Source: the human T2T-CHM13v2.0 reference genome, Homo sapiens. Taken from it: a DNA stretch of 64,000 nucleotides. Below the pieces are notes generated by a model. It did no database searches. It had not been told where the DNA came from and saw only the letters and a program-made list of their open reading frames with translations. The stretch lies in the NCBI RefSeq assembly GCF_009914755.1, contig NC_060933.1, one strand, 5' to 3'. Numbering within the stretch: the stretch's first letter is position 1; each line of letters starts with the position of its first letter. Below, one piece after another: positions 1 through 14,620 of the stretch. The position numbers were made by a program, and so were the translations under genes.

Positions 1-85
1 TGAAGATTTATTATAAAATGAAACTTTTAAGCCTAACAATTTACCATTCAAATGTTTAGACAAACTTACTGAATTAGAAAATTTT

Positions 86-163
86 ATGTGTGTGTCTATA
101 TCTGTGGGTGTATGAGAGAGAAAGCCAGACAGACAAACAGAGAGACAAATGCAGAGAGAGAGA
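86..163. repeat. Degenerate (TG)n/(GA)n/(GACA)n simple repeat
   Basis: tgtgtgtgt...gagagag...gacagacaaacagagagac...gagagagagag. Confidence 0.6.
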
Positions 164-369
164 GGATTTTATCATTTTATTGATGTAAGACTTTAACACT
201 AGCAGTAAAAGAAAAAAATACTAAAACTGGTTATTTTATACACCCCAAGTTCCAGTTCTCAACAGGGTAATTTTATTGTCAGGTTGCTATAATTCTAAAA
301 CTTAAAAAGTGATAATAAGCTCTGTAAAAATAAACATTTTTATTCACCAACTGGAAAGAGCAAAGTCAA

Positions 370-520
370 TGCAATTTACACAATTATCCTCCTAAAATTT
401 CTGTGTAGTGAGCCAGTCTTACTATTCACATTTAAAGATGGGTGGGAAAGGTAAAAAGAGGTAAATCTTCTGATTAAAACTAGAAATGAATCAGGGCAAG
501 GACTAGAACCAAACCCCCAA
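370..520 (-). mobile_element. Highly decayed MIR/MIR3 SINE
   Basis: cattt-aaagatg...cagggcaaggactagaacc resembles the antisense MIR core. Confidence 0.35.
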
Positions 521-2329
521 AGAGACAAGTGCTCTCTATATAATAGATACACTCATTGGAAAGAGCAAGGCTGGATATTTGCTTGGCTTTACTTTGTTGT
601 TATTGTTAAAGGATACTAAAGTTAAAGGTCATAGCTAATGGTGAAACCTCACAGAGCATGTGAAACCTTCAACAAAGCTTTCCAAAATGACTCGACTTTA
701 CTTCCAGCATCCAAATGTGGGTATAATGATCCCTCAGAGATTATTAAATCAGAGAAATTTTAAATAAATCAAACCGAAGCTTCAGAACTATGGGGTAGGG
801 CCAGGAGTATCCTCTTTATCTTTGGGCAGTTGCAATTATGCCTGTATGTTTTCACAATTTTCAGAGAGGAACTTGGGAGTAGATTCTAATCTAACAGTTC
901 ATTTCCTGTATCAAAAGGCATGGTACATATGCTATTTCCTTTCTGATTACATCCTTCCTAAATGTTGTTCTTTCACCAAAATTAAACTGTTTTGTTACCT
1001 TTCTTAAAGCAGGGATGATTCCATTCAGTTATGATAGTCACTGTCTAAGCCCCTTGCTTTTTATGAAAATAACACAAATTCAAAAACGAATCTCTTAAAA
1101 ACCTGTCTGTTTCTTTCCCATTTCTTTCTGATGCTTCTTGTCTGGATTTATCAGATGAAAGATACTCTATCTTTATCAGCAGTAGCACTATTATCTGTTC
1201 ACTTCCGAATTCTCATGCTTTCAGTAGAAGGAATCTGATCCCTAAATCAGACAAATCTCTAGTCTTTTATATTTGTAAAGACAGCTGCAAGTAATTTTTT
1301 AGTGTCTCTACGATTTCCTTTTCCATTGTCTCTAATTCCCCCTGTTGTTATTGTAAGTGCACACAATTTATCCTTGATGTTTGTCCTCTTAAATACACAT
1401 AGCACTTGCAAAAACAGTTTTTAAAAATTGGTTATAATGTTCTGTTATTTCTAGTGCTTGCTATTTAAATTTTATCCTTTAATTTTTGATTACCTGTTTG
1501 CAATTTTGACCTTTATAAGCCAGACTTTTTCATTTTAACTTAATGACTATTTTTTTAACCTTTCACAATATGGGTAATTCAATACCCAGAAGAAAGGAAC
1601 AAAACATCTTCACCAGCTAAATCCGCTTATGACCCTAGAAAACTTCCTTCTAAGTGACCACCATAAGCACAGGAGTTCTGAGGCTCCAGGGAAACTCCTT
1701 TTCCTTCTCATTCATCTCTCCCAGCCTGAGCATGCTGGTTGTCGACCAAGCTTCAGCGAGACCAGCATTGCCACCTACTTGGGTCCTCTATCTGGAGTCA
1801 CACTCTGGCTCACCTAGTTCTGGGCACACTTAACTCTACTAATAAGCAATTTGTAAACTTCATACCTCTTTCAAAACACTAGAGGTATCTTACCAGGTTG
1901 AACAGTTCAGTTTTGTTTCAAGCTGTGCCAGAGAAGCACTGTGCACATTTTCAGGGTCTCAGATTGTCAACAGTCTTGGCACTGCTTTCTGTCACCTCCA
2001 TGGTGGATGAGGAAGTACAAATGTTGTAGAAGAAACTATCTAGAGACTGCCCAATAACCCAGACTTAATGTTTTAGCAGTGTGGTTCTGCTCATAGTCTC
2101 CCACTATACCATGCTGTGACTCCATCACAGCCTTCGCCTAGGACACCCTCCTGCTGGTCCTCCTCTTAACATCCTGTTAACATCTCAGATAACTTCTACT
2201 TGTTCCTTAAGAAAATTTTCATTTTTGTATGCATGCACTTAGTTCAGAGGGCCAGCTATTTCCACAAGGCAGGTTAAGGCTAATCAGTGCCTAGTTTCCT
2301 TTCTTCAATTCCCCCACCTAGAGTCTATC

Positions 2330-2720
2330 ACTTTTTACTTGTTTACCTTATTCTTTGGGTATTTACATTTTAGGTATTATTTGTTGACTTCCCAGTATGG
2401 AAGATGAGCATTTGGTTCTCCCCTACTGATCACTCTCTAATATGTCTATTCCAATATCTTTATCACTCTGTTTATAGCCTTAGAGTATTTGATAGTCCTT
2501 GGATGTCTGCTCATATTTCCAAGTAGGGGCACATCACTTATTGGAAGCTCTAAGCATGTGAGTGGGATTAATTGGCAGTATCATCATTGTAGGGTGACCT
2601 GGTTAAGGTGATGTTGGAGAACTCCAGATTTCATATCATTTTGTCTTTTCTCATGTCGCAACAGTTTTTCGAGAAGATCTCTGGATCTCAGTTTAATGGA
2701 CTTTGAGACTTGGAAACATG
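2330..2720 (-). mobile_element. Old L1M/HAL1-like fragment
   Basis: tgtctgctcatattt...ggaagctct...gtgggatt resembles antisense HAL1/L1M 5' region; boundaries approximate. Confidence 0.35.
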
Positions 2721-3483
2721 AGCTCTAAAATTCCCTTCATATATCAAATATTCTACATATCTTTTCCCCCCTCTAACTAGAAATAAGCAATATGGTAGTA
2801 AAAAGGAATCCATAGAGCAAACTTTGTTATTTGTCCAGGCATCAAACGGTTATAATTGGCAAAAACAGTTGACATTTCACCACAACATGGGTTGAATTTT
2901 GTTTAAAAACAAGTAATAATTAAAATGTAATTAAGAATAAAAAATTAGATTTATGGTTTTAAAAAAGAATATGTAATAGTAATGTGTATTGCCCCTGCCT
3001 TTGAAGTCATGCCTGATTTTAAGAGATATCACGAGTGAAAACATTGAAGTGTGCTGAAGAAAGCAGTAACTTATTCTGAAGGGTCTCAGTAAATGCAGGA
3101 AATCTTGGGAAATTGCAGGAAAAAAATGATTCTATCACAAATTTTAACATCAGTTCACTGGATGCTTTCTTCCACATGCAGCTGAATCTTGATTTATTTT
3201 GTTAATGAGCACTGTGCTTTACTATAAATTTTCTTCTTACTGTGTGCATTACTAATACTTGCAGATTATTTTTCTGGTAAGGTATGATTTATTTTGAAGA
3301 TTTTAATTTTTGGCGAAGGGAGTCAGATTAACATTAGGAAGTAGATTGAAATTTTGTTTTGTTTTATTGTTTAGAGTTTTTGAACTTTTTTGTTTTTGAA
3401 CCAGAAAGAATATTGAACACAGAAAGTCATGGATTCTGTGTCAGTTTAATAAAATAGTAAAACTTTTTAAGATTGGCTCAGTG

Positions 3484-4125
3484 TGAAACAGCCTTGTTGC
3501 TTGGGGTAGCACCTGAAATTCTTGGTCTCATGGCCGAAGAAATCAAGAACGCAGACACACCAAATGTCAGGTTAGAGCAGAAGCAGAAGTTTAATAGGCA
3601 AAAAAAAAAAAAAAAAAAAAAAAAAAACAGAACAGCTATCTGCAGCAGAGAAGGGTCCCAAAAAGGGTTGCCATTCAGCAGTGAAATGCAAGTGTTTATA
3701 AGCTAGTGGGGAAGCAGCATCTTATCTACATAGGGTGTGAAAAACTGGTTAGGACCAGGTGTGCCATCTGAATAGAGGGTGAATCTCTGGCAGCCCCCAC
3801 ATCAATCTTTTATTACATAGGCAGGTCCTTTGCCTGAGCTACTCCATGTTGCTTTCCTACTGTGTATGTGTTAAAAAGCAGGAGGTGGAGCCCCCATGGT
3901 GACATGCCTGGCCCCCAGCTACCCCTTTCTATCGGTGCAGCTGCAGGCATTCCCCGCTTGCAAACTTCCAGCTTCCTTATCTATGTTTGCAGCCTGATCT
4001 TCCAGGCTGCTCTTTATTAGAAAAGAAGTGATTTCTTGGGCTGCTTTTTGCCAGAAGGGAAGTTCTGCCGAGGACTTTTTTCCCGAACTATTTGCCTAGC
4101 TAGTTTTTTTCTACCTCCTCTCTCA
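3484..4125 (-). mobile_element. ERV1-class solo LTR (MER4-group, MER48/MER83/MER84-like)
   Basis: TG...CA termini (minus strand starts tgagagaggaggtag, ends gtttca); ATTAAA poly(A) signal on the minus strand; 4-bp flanks agtg/aatg fit an ERV1 TSD; internal A-run at about 3600-3627. Confidence 0.75.
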
Positions 4126-4313
4126 AATGCATATTCGTACCTCCAAAAGCATATTTTATTTTCTGAAGAGATAGCCTATTTCTTCACTTAGGATAAGAAA
4201 TTAAAGTTTTAATCTCACAATTATCTAATATTCTTTACCACTAACCTCAAACAAAGGTAATGAATTACTTCTAGCAGTTTCCTCACCGAGCACCAAAGTT
4301 ATTCTTAAAAACT

Positions 4314-4686
4314 AGATATGGTTTGGTTCTGTGTCCCCACCCAAATCTCACCTATAATTGTAATTCCCATAATCCCCATGCGTCAAGGGCGGGACCAAGT
4401 GGAGGTAATCAGATCATGTGGGCAGTTTCCCCCACGCTGTTCTTGTGATAATGAGTCTCATGAGATCTGATGGTTTTATAAGCGCCTGAGATTTCCCCTG
4501 CTTGTACCCACTCTGTGCTGCCACCCTGTGAAGAAGGTGCCTGCTTCTCCTTTGCCTTCTGCCATGATTGTAAGTTTCCTGAGGCCTTCCCAGCAATTCG
4601 GAACTGTGAGTCATTATATCTCTTCCCTTTATAAATTACCCAGTCTCAGGTAATTCTTCATAGCAGTGTGAGAATAGACTAATACA
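4314..4686 (+). mobile_element. THE1D-like MaLR solo LTR
   Basis: gatatggtttgg..tgtgtccccacccaaatctca start and gactaataca end typical of THE1/MST LTRs. Confidence 0.9.
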
Positions 4687-5289
4687 CCACACTTCTGTTA
4701 TCATGGCTTCAGGCTTGACCTGAACCCCTTCTTTTATCCTGCCAATCCACAGTGGCATGCATGCTTTCTTTACCTTTGGTATGTCTTCAGTTTCTATTCT
4801 CTTGTCTTCTTTTAAGACCCTATGGGCTACCCCTTTCTTCCCTATCTACCTTTGCCAGGCATGTAAAACTTCCTTTTTCCCTTTTTCATGCCCTGTGCCC
4901 ATGGTCAGCAAAACTACCCCCATACTTAGCCTTGACTGCTGACTCCATTTTGGGCAGAATCTTCTCACTTAGGCCCTCCTCCATCCCAGGAGAAGAACTA
5001 GGTCACAAATACGGTTGTTTCCCAGCTGGTATTTCTGAAAATGTAAATGAAAGACAGTTTAAGGGGAAGAGCCTGGAGGAAAATGAGGCTAATTTGCTTT
5101 ACCATTTTTTTTAACTGTCCAAATGTAACCACTACCGGAGGCCTTTAATTTAAATTCTGGAGCTCTAGGATCTGTGAGACTCCCCATCACATTCTCTCAG
5201 CTTCTGCTTGGGATTCTTGTCCTTAGCATTAGAGACTTTTTTTCTGCCTAGGTAATTTCAAAATGCAAATTACAATAGAAACAACAACA

Positions 5290-5510
5290 GTAAAATCATA
5301 TAACATCTATTGAAAACTATGGTCTAATCACTTTTATATACATTTTCTCATTTAACACAACAACTTAATGACCGGGGCCTTATCAAAGTCCTCATTTGAA
5401 AGAAGAGGAAACTGAGGCTTAGATGTGTAAATAAATCAGCAAGCATGTGTTTAACCTTGGAATTGCATCTAATTCTACTTGATTCCAAAGCCCAGCTCTT
5501 AATTACTAGG
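5290..5510 (-). mobile_element. MIR SINE
   Basis: gaggaaactgaggcttaga core; tgattccaaagcccagctcttaa. Confidence 0.7.
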
Positions 5511-5689
5511 AATATTGACTCCTTCTTTGCTCCATGATTTAACATTTCAAAGTGATTTCTGAGATGTACTGTTTGACTTCCTATTAATGTCAAATTAGAG
5601 GTTTTACATTAAAAAACTTTTATTTTTGGTAGAGTGTGACCAAGAATGAATGGCTCAATATATGCAATAATAATATTTTATATTTTGTG

Positions 5690-5890
5690 CAGTGTTTTAC
5701 TATATAGGGCATATTTTCAGTATTTGTCCCTCACATGAATCCTGTAAGGATGCCTGCTCTAAAGATGAAAAGTTTGATTTTTGAGAAATCAAAGAATGTG
5801 CCTAAGGTCATATGTGAATGGCAAAATTGAAACATGGAGCACAGTGTTTTGACAACAACCATGCCTTTCTTCCTAATGCAGCATGGTATG
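5690..5890 (-). mobile_element. MIR SINE (decayed)
   Basis: cctcacatgaatcctgtaagg...tgcctaaggtcata. Confidence 0.5.
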
Positions 5891-6506
5891 TTACTGCTTA
5901 CCAGGAATAACTGCTCCAAAGCATCTCTGATATGAAATTTCAGCTGTGTACTAGCCCTGCTATGTTCTGGAAGTGAGAAAAGGAGTAAAGTATAAGAATA
6001 TTTCCAGAGTTTTATATATATATATACCAGAAATCCAATAATCGTTTGAGGTCTTATATGCCAAGAAGGAGACTGGTATCCTGTAGGATATTCTGAAGAA
6101 ATCTTCCCTCAGTACCCAGGACAAAGTAAACCTCTGATGCTGATGCCTTTATGGCCACTATTCCTGCCACATCCTCTGTATATCAGAAAGTCAGTGTTCT
6201 GTAGGCTTCCAAGTACAGTATATTCAGTATATATATCCATGCCACCAGATCTATGGTGAATTTCATGTCATAGATTTCATTTTGGTTTAATGTTGAAATT
6301 GCACTGTCAATTTTAGCAGCATCTTTATTAGAGGTACATCAGTTTTCCCAGCTGCTGCAGCATGACAGTGTAATTTCCTGAGTAAGCCCTTTGATTAAAG
6401 AGAAAGTCTTTTAGGTGATACCACTTCAGGCTGAACAGAAAGTGCCAGCACCTCAGTAAAACCCATTCAATAACAAATCTCACATGCTGTTCTTATTAAT
6501 AACTCT

Positions 6507-9072
<2,566 letters not shown>

Positions 9073-9329
9073 GATCTGCTTATGTGGAGTACTGAAGATC
9101 AGCTGGCAACACTATTCTTCAAAATACTACAGCAGAATTTTCCCTCATATTTAAATATCAAAAAATCAGAGGTCATCTTAACAAATTGCCTTGTATGATT
9201 GTCAAAAGCAATAGCAAGGGAAATCCTTAATAAATTACTGATTATGAAGTGAAATCATTACTGTAGTAACTTAAAGTATTCTAGATATAGAAACAAAGCT
9301 GTCTTTTCAAACTCTTCTTTTTGTCTAAA

Positions 9330-9455
9330 AATTTTTATGGAATTAAAATTCACATAATATAAAAGTAACCATTTTAAAGTAGACAATTCAGTGGCACTTT
9401 TTATGTTCATAATCTAGTTCCAAAATATTTTTGTCACCCTAAAAGGAAACAGTTT
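9330..9455 (-). mobile_element. Old L1M (L1MB/ME-like) 3' end fragment
   Basis: aattcacataatataaaagtaaccattttaaagtagacaattcagtggca...tgtcaccctaaaaggaaac. Confidence 0.55.
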
Positions 9456-9461
9456 AGATCC

Positions 9462-11176
9462 TGTTATAACTGAGAACATGTGGTATTTGGTTTTGTGTTC
9501 CTGTGTTAATTCACTTAGGATAATGGCCTCCAGCTGCATCTATGTGGCTGCAGAGGACATGATTATGTTCTTTTCTATGGCTACATAGTATTTCGTGGTA
9601 TATATGTACCATATTTTCTCTGTCCAGTCCTCTATGAATGGTCACCTAGGTTGATTCCATGTCTTTGCTATTGTGAATAGTGCTGCAATGAACATGTGAG
9701 TGCCTATGTTCTTTTGGTAGAAAGACTTGTTTTCTTTTGATATACATGCAGTAATGGGATTGCTGGGTCAAATGGTAGTTCTGAGTTCTTTGAGAAATCT
9801 CCAAACTGCTTTCCATAGTGACTAGACTAATTTACATTCCCACTAACAGTGTATAAGTGTTCCCTTTTTTCTGCAGCTTCACCAGCATGTTTTTTGACAT
9901 TTTAATACTAGGCATTCTGCCTGATATGAGATGGTATCTCATTGTGGTTTTAATTTGCATTTCTCTGATATGCAAATTAGTGCATATCTAGTGATATGGG
10001 AGCATTTTTTTATACGTTTGTTAGCCATTTGTGTGTCTTCTTTTGAGAAATGTCTGTTCATGTCTTTTTCCAATTTTTAATGGGGTTGTTATTATTTGTT
10101 CAATTGTTTTAGTTTCTTATAGATTCTAGATATTAGACCTTTGTTGGATGAATAGTTTGCTAATATTTTCTCCCATTCTGTGTGTTGTCTGTTTACTCTG
10201 TTGATAGTTTCTGTTGCTGTGCAGAAGCTCTTTGGTTTTCTTAGATCCCACTTGTCAATTTTTGTTTTGGTTGCAATTGCTTTTGCGAACTTAGTCATAA
10301 ATTCTTTCCCAAGACTGATGTTCAGAATGGTATTTCCCAGATTTTTTTCTAGGGTTCTTACACTTTAAGATCCTACATTTAAATCTTTAATCCACCTTGA
10401 GTTAATTTTGGTATATGGTGAAAAGTAGGGGTCCACTTTCATTCTTCTGCATATGACTAGCCAGCTATCCCAGCACCATGTATTTAATGAGTCTTTTCCC
10501 CATTGCTTACTGATTTTGTTGATTTTGTCAATGACCATATGGCTGTAAGTGTGTGGCTTTATTTCTAGGTTCTCTGTTCCGTTCCATTAGTCTATATGTC
10601 TGTTTTTGTACCAGTACCATGCTGTTTGGTTATTGTAGCCTTGTAGTATAGTTTGAAGTTGGGTAATGTGGTGCCTCAGGTTTTGTTCTTTTTGCTTAGA
10701 ACTGCTTTGGCTATTTGGGCTCTTTTGGGGTTCCATATGATTTTTAGAATACTTCTATGAAAAATGCCATTGGTAGTTTGATAGGTATAGCATTGAATCT
10801 GCAGATTGCTTTGGGCAATATGGCCATTTTAATGTTGATTTTTCCAGTGAGCATGGAATGTTTTTCCATTTGTTTCTCTTGTCTATGATTTTTTTAAAGC
10901 AGTGTTTTATTGTTCTCCTTGTAGAGATCTTTCACCTCTTTGGTTAGATGTATCCCTAGTTGTTTTATTTTATTTTTTTGGTGGCTATTGTAAAGGTGAT
11001 TGAATTATTGATTTGGCTCTCAGCTTGCATGTTATTGGTTTATAGAAAATGCTCTGATTTTTGTACATTGATTTCTATCCTGAAATTTTACTGTTGTTAT
11101 CAGTTTCAGGAGCCTTTTGGCAGAATCTTTAGGGTTTTCTAGGTATAGAATCATATTGTCCATGAAGAGAGATAAC
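9462..11176 (-). mobile_element. L1PB-like LINE-1 fragment (3' part of ORF2 and start of 3'UTR)
   Basis: ORF 10092-10298 (-) [33 protein letters not shown] matches the L1 ORF2p C-terminal region; truncated at both ends. Confidence 0.9.
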
Positions 11177-11252
11177 ATACTCTTCAACACAGGAAAGAAA
11201 GGGAAAAGAGCTGGACACTAGGCTAAACATTTTGCATATGTTACCTAATTTT

Positions 11253-11445
11253 CAGTAATGAGCTAGTAAGCTGGCTCTTCAAAAAAAAAATCCCAGATTT
11301 ATCGCTCTTGCTAATTTCTGTGTTATAAATATTTCCATCCAGGCTGATTTCAAGTTACCCACAGGATGTCACTGAATGCAGAGTTTAAATGAAATGCCCA
11401 CATTTGTTTCTCTCAAATTGTAGGAGCTGGCTGCAGCATACCATG
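11253..11445. mobile_element. MER63-like hAT DNA transposon nested in a minus-strand MIR (MIR remnants about 11220-11252 and 11446-11580)
   Basis: Degenerate TIRs cagtaatgagct.../...gcagcataccatg resembling CAGTGGTGTGCTG; MIR sequence resumes at aatcctcacagcaac. Confidence 0.55.
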
Positions 11446-12919
11446 AATCCTCACAGCAACTTAATGAGGTAGGTGTTACTTCAGATATTTAAGCCAATTA
11501 TCCATGGTGACAATGGCTTAAAAATTATAGTAGTTGAATTGAAATTGGGATAGTCATTTCTGTATATGATTTTCATACTTTTCCTGCTACATCTCACTAT
11601 GCCTGAAAAAAAAAAAGTATATATTGAGAACCTTTTTGGTATGAAGCATTGAAGACCAATTGGTAATACCCACAAATAATGAAGAAGACATACATGAAAC
11701 CTTAACACTTGGCCTTATGTCGATTTTCTACTCATCCACCTGGGACGTGTGACAAAAGTTTTCAGGATTTCTGAGAAATGTAAAATAGGAAGAAATTTCC
11801 TAAAAACACAATGTAGTGGAAGGGAAACATCTGATGTATCCTCCAGGTTTTGTTCTGTTTTGTTTTTGTATGTACATACTCATTATGTTACTGCTTAAAA
11901 GAGTTGGGAACTGAATCATGTCTATAATTTTTTTGAAATGGGAAAGAATTAAATGCAATGCACCCTTCCCTGTCATTCCACTGAAGAAATCTGAGCCCAT
12001 TCCACTTTTCTAGTTTGTCTCAGAGAGAATTTGATAATGCCACAAGATAATATAAGACAACAAAGAAATGGGCCCATTTGCAAATCCCACCCAAGGTGAT
12101 CAAAGGTGTTTCATTTTCTTTTGATTGATTTCTCATCTGTTCCTATTCTCTGTTTAATTGGAAGGAATTGGCTAAGAGTGCTTAGTGTCTAAACCTATTA
12201 GAATCAATTCCAAATTCTGTTTACCAAACTCAGATGGGTACTCAGGCTCATAGTCTTAAAAAAAAAAGCCTAGTAAGCCATACTTCTAATTATGTTACCT
12301 GGAGTAAGTAGTTTTCCTAAAATTGTGCCAAAGTAGAGTCTCACAAACATTTATGACATGGCCTAGTAGATGCGCATAGAGGTTTTAATGCCTCAATGGC
12401 CTGAAAGAATGAGAAGACCTCTCCAAGAGGCTAATTTACCACCTGCCTAACACTGTGTCCATGACAGTTGCACAGTCAGTGGAAAGAGAGCTAAATTGCC
12501 TCTTTGCTCACAATCTGTGGTCAAACTGATTGCATCCTGGGTTACAACGGCATTGTGAAGAGAGAGGCTTAGAGGCTCTTAGAATTTAAACTGTTAGTGA
12601 AAGTCAGCATGTCCCAAAATGACTGCTGGATTGTGTGGATTCTGAATAAAAATTCTAGCAAATCTACAGGTTATGGATAATGAGTAGAAGGTAGGTGATG
12701 GGAAAAATATTGTCCTGTAGGTCTTCATTTTCTAATGCCAAATGTGTGTCTTGGCTGACTGGGCAACAAGGTCAATAGAACCCAGGGGCTACTGTCTTTG
12801 GAGTCATTGAGAATTGATGAGGAAAGAGCCAGTATCTCTCCTTTCAGAGCCCTATGAGAAGCTCTCCCCAAACTCCTTCACTGTTCATGTGGGCAGATCA
12901 GTCATGGCCACAGTAGAGG

Positions 12920-13120
12920 AGATGTATCAAGGTAGTTAAGCTTGTGAATTCTGGAATCAGAGAGCTTGGGTTGAAATTCCAGCTGTGTGTCCTTGGGCAA
13001 GTCACTTAACCACTTTGTGACTAAGTTTTATCATCTGTAAAATGGGGATGGTAATAGTACTCTAGTCATAGACCTGTATGTAATATGCTGAGAGGTAAAT
13101 GCTATATGGGTGCTCAACAC
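12920..13120 (+). mobile_element. MIR SINE
   Basis: ccttgggcaagtcacttaacc...catctgtaaaatggggat core. Confidence 0.85.
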
Positions 13121-13179
13121 TTTCAACACCTCACCCAGATAAAGCTGCCCAAACTGAGAGCCATAGGAAATGTCAAGGT

Positions 13180-13608
13180 TCTGGCTGTAGCTCCTTGGCT
13201 TTTTCACTCTGCATGCTGAAGACTGCTGTGACAACCACCAGCCTGAAGACTTTTTCAGCTCACAGGTTGGCCTGCCTGAAAGACAGGTCAGAAGTTCTGA
13301 AGAGGTAGTGTTCCTGAAATAAACCCTAAGCCAAAGACAGAAAGGATTATGGTGGATATTCAGCTCCCTTATCGTTCAGTTGAGATGAATCTGGGGTATG
13401 TTCCAAACTGTCTCCTGAGGCACCCCAGTGGGATTAAGCTCCAGTTACCCACAATGGTAACTGTTTACTGGCTTTCTTTCCTTTCTTTCTTCCTTTCCTC
13501 ACTACTCAATTTCTTTACTGTTGTTTTCTGGGATCACCTTGCAAATAAACTACTTGCACTTGAATCCTTTTATCGAGATCTGCTTCTGGGAGAACCCAAA
13601 TCACGGCA
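13180..13608 (+). mobile_element. ERVL LTR16-like solo LTR
   Basis: ctgggatcacctt.caaataaactacttgcact.gaatcc...tctgcttctgggagaaccca...ca 3' end typical of LTR16; 5' boundary approximate. Confidence 0.7.
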
Positions 13609-14488
13609 GGTTTCGTGGATTTTTTGGAGTGTCATAAATAACTATTGAATTGGATGCATTATTTTTAAAAATTTCATTGAGACAATATACACTCTTTGGA
13701 AACTTTAAAAGGCTAGTACAAGTTTTTATGCTTCTGTGTTTGTTATTGTTTTAGTGAGAAAAGATCTGGACTTAGAGGACTCAAGTTGCTGCTAACTAGC
13801 TGTATTTTTTTAAATCTCTGTTTTAACATATGATACTATGTACACATTATTGTAATAATTAGTTAATATATGTAAAATGGTTCCAAAAGGCCACATTTCA
13901 CTGGGGTTTTGTTTTGGTTTTGAAATTTTTGCAAGTTGACATGGCTTCTTCATTTCTCATTACACAACATAGAGGATTCATTAATATTAAAAAGAGAACT
14001 AATTTGTCTATATTGTTATGACCTATCTTCGGTTATTCAATTTTGATTATCATTTCCATTTCAACTTTTCAACAATCTTATCTTCCTTGCCATTTTGGCA
14101 GTCACCTGAAAACCTAGCCAAGGTTTGGATGTCTTGTGGAAGCAGGGCAATGGATTTTGGAGCGGTGTATTTTAGATCCTGGTCTTTAAGCTCTAAGTTG
14201 TAAATTGCATGAGACATTTCAATTAATAATGTTAAGAATATTTTTTTTTCCATTATATAAGCAATTCATGTACTGTTTGACTAATGCTTATGCCAAGTAT
14301 GAGTTTACCAAACTACTAAGCCACAGGCAAATTCAAACCTTACAGCCTTTTCCTGTGATTCAAAAATAATGAAAATAAATATATATTCATAAAAAGTAAA
14401 GGAACATTACATTGCTTGCTATATTAGCTAGTTCAAAAAGCACTTTTCATTAAAACATTTAACTACTCACTTTAAAAAAATTAAATTT

Positions 14489-14620
14489 AGCTGGGCATAG
14501 TGGCATGCCTCTGTAGTTTCTCCTACTTGGGAGGCTGAGGCAAGAAGACCACTTGAGGCAGGGAGTTTGAGACCAGCCTGGCGCAAGATGGCAAGATCCT
14601 GCCTCTAAAGAAAAAAGAAT
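14489..14620 (+). mobile_element. FLAM / Alu monomer
   Basis: Single Alu arm with A-rich tail. Confidence 0.8.

Noticed and set aside
4752-5114. 120-aa ORF in unique DNA
   Set aside because: Non-ATG start, Leu/Ser/Phe-biased from pyrimidine-rich DNA, no recognisable domain.
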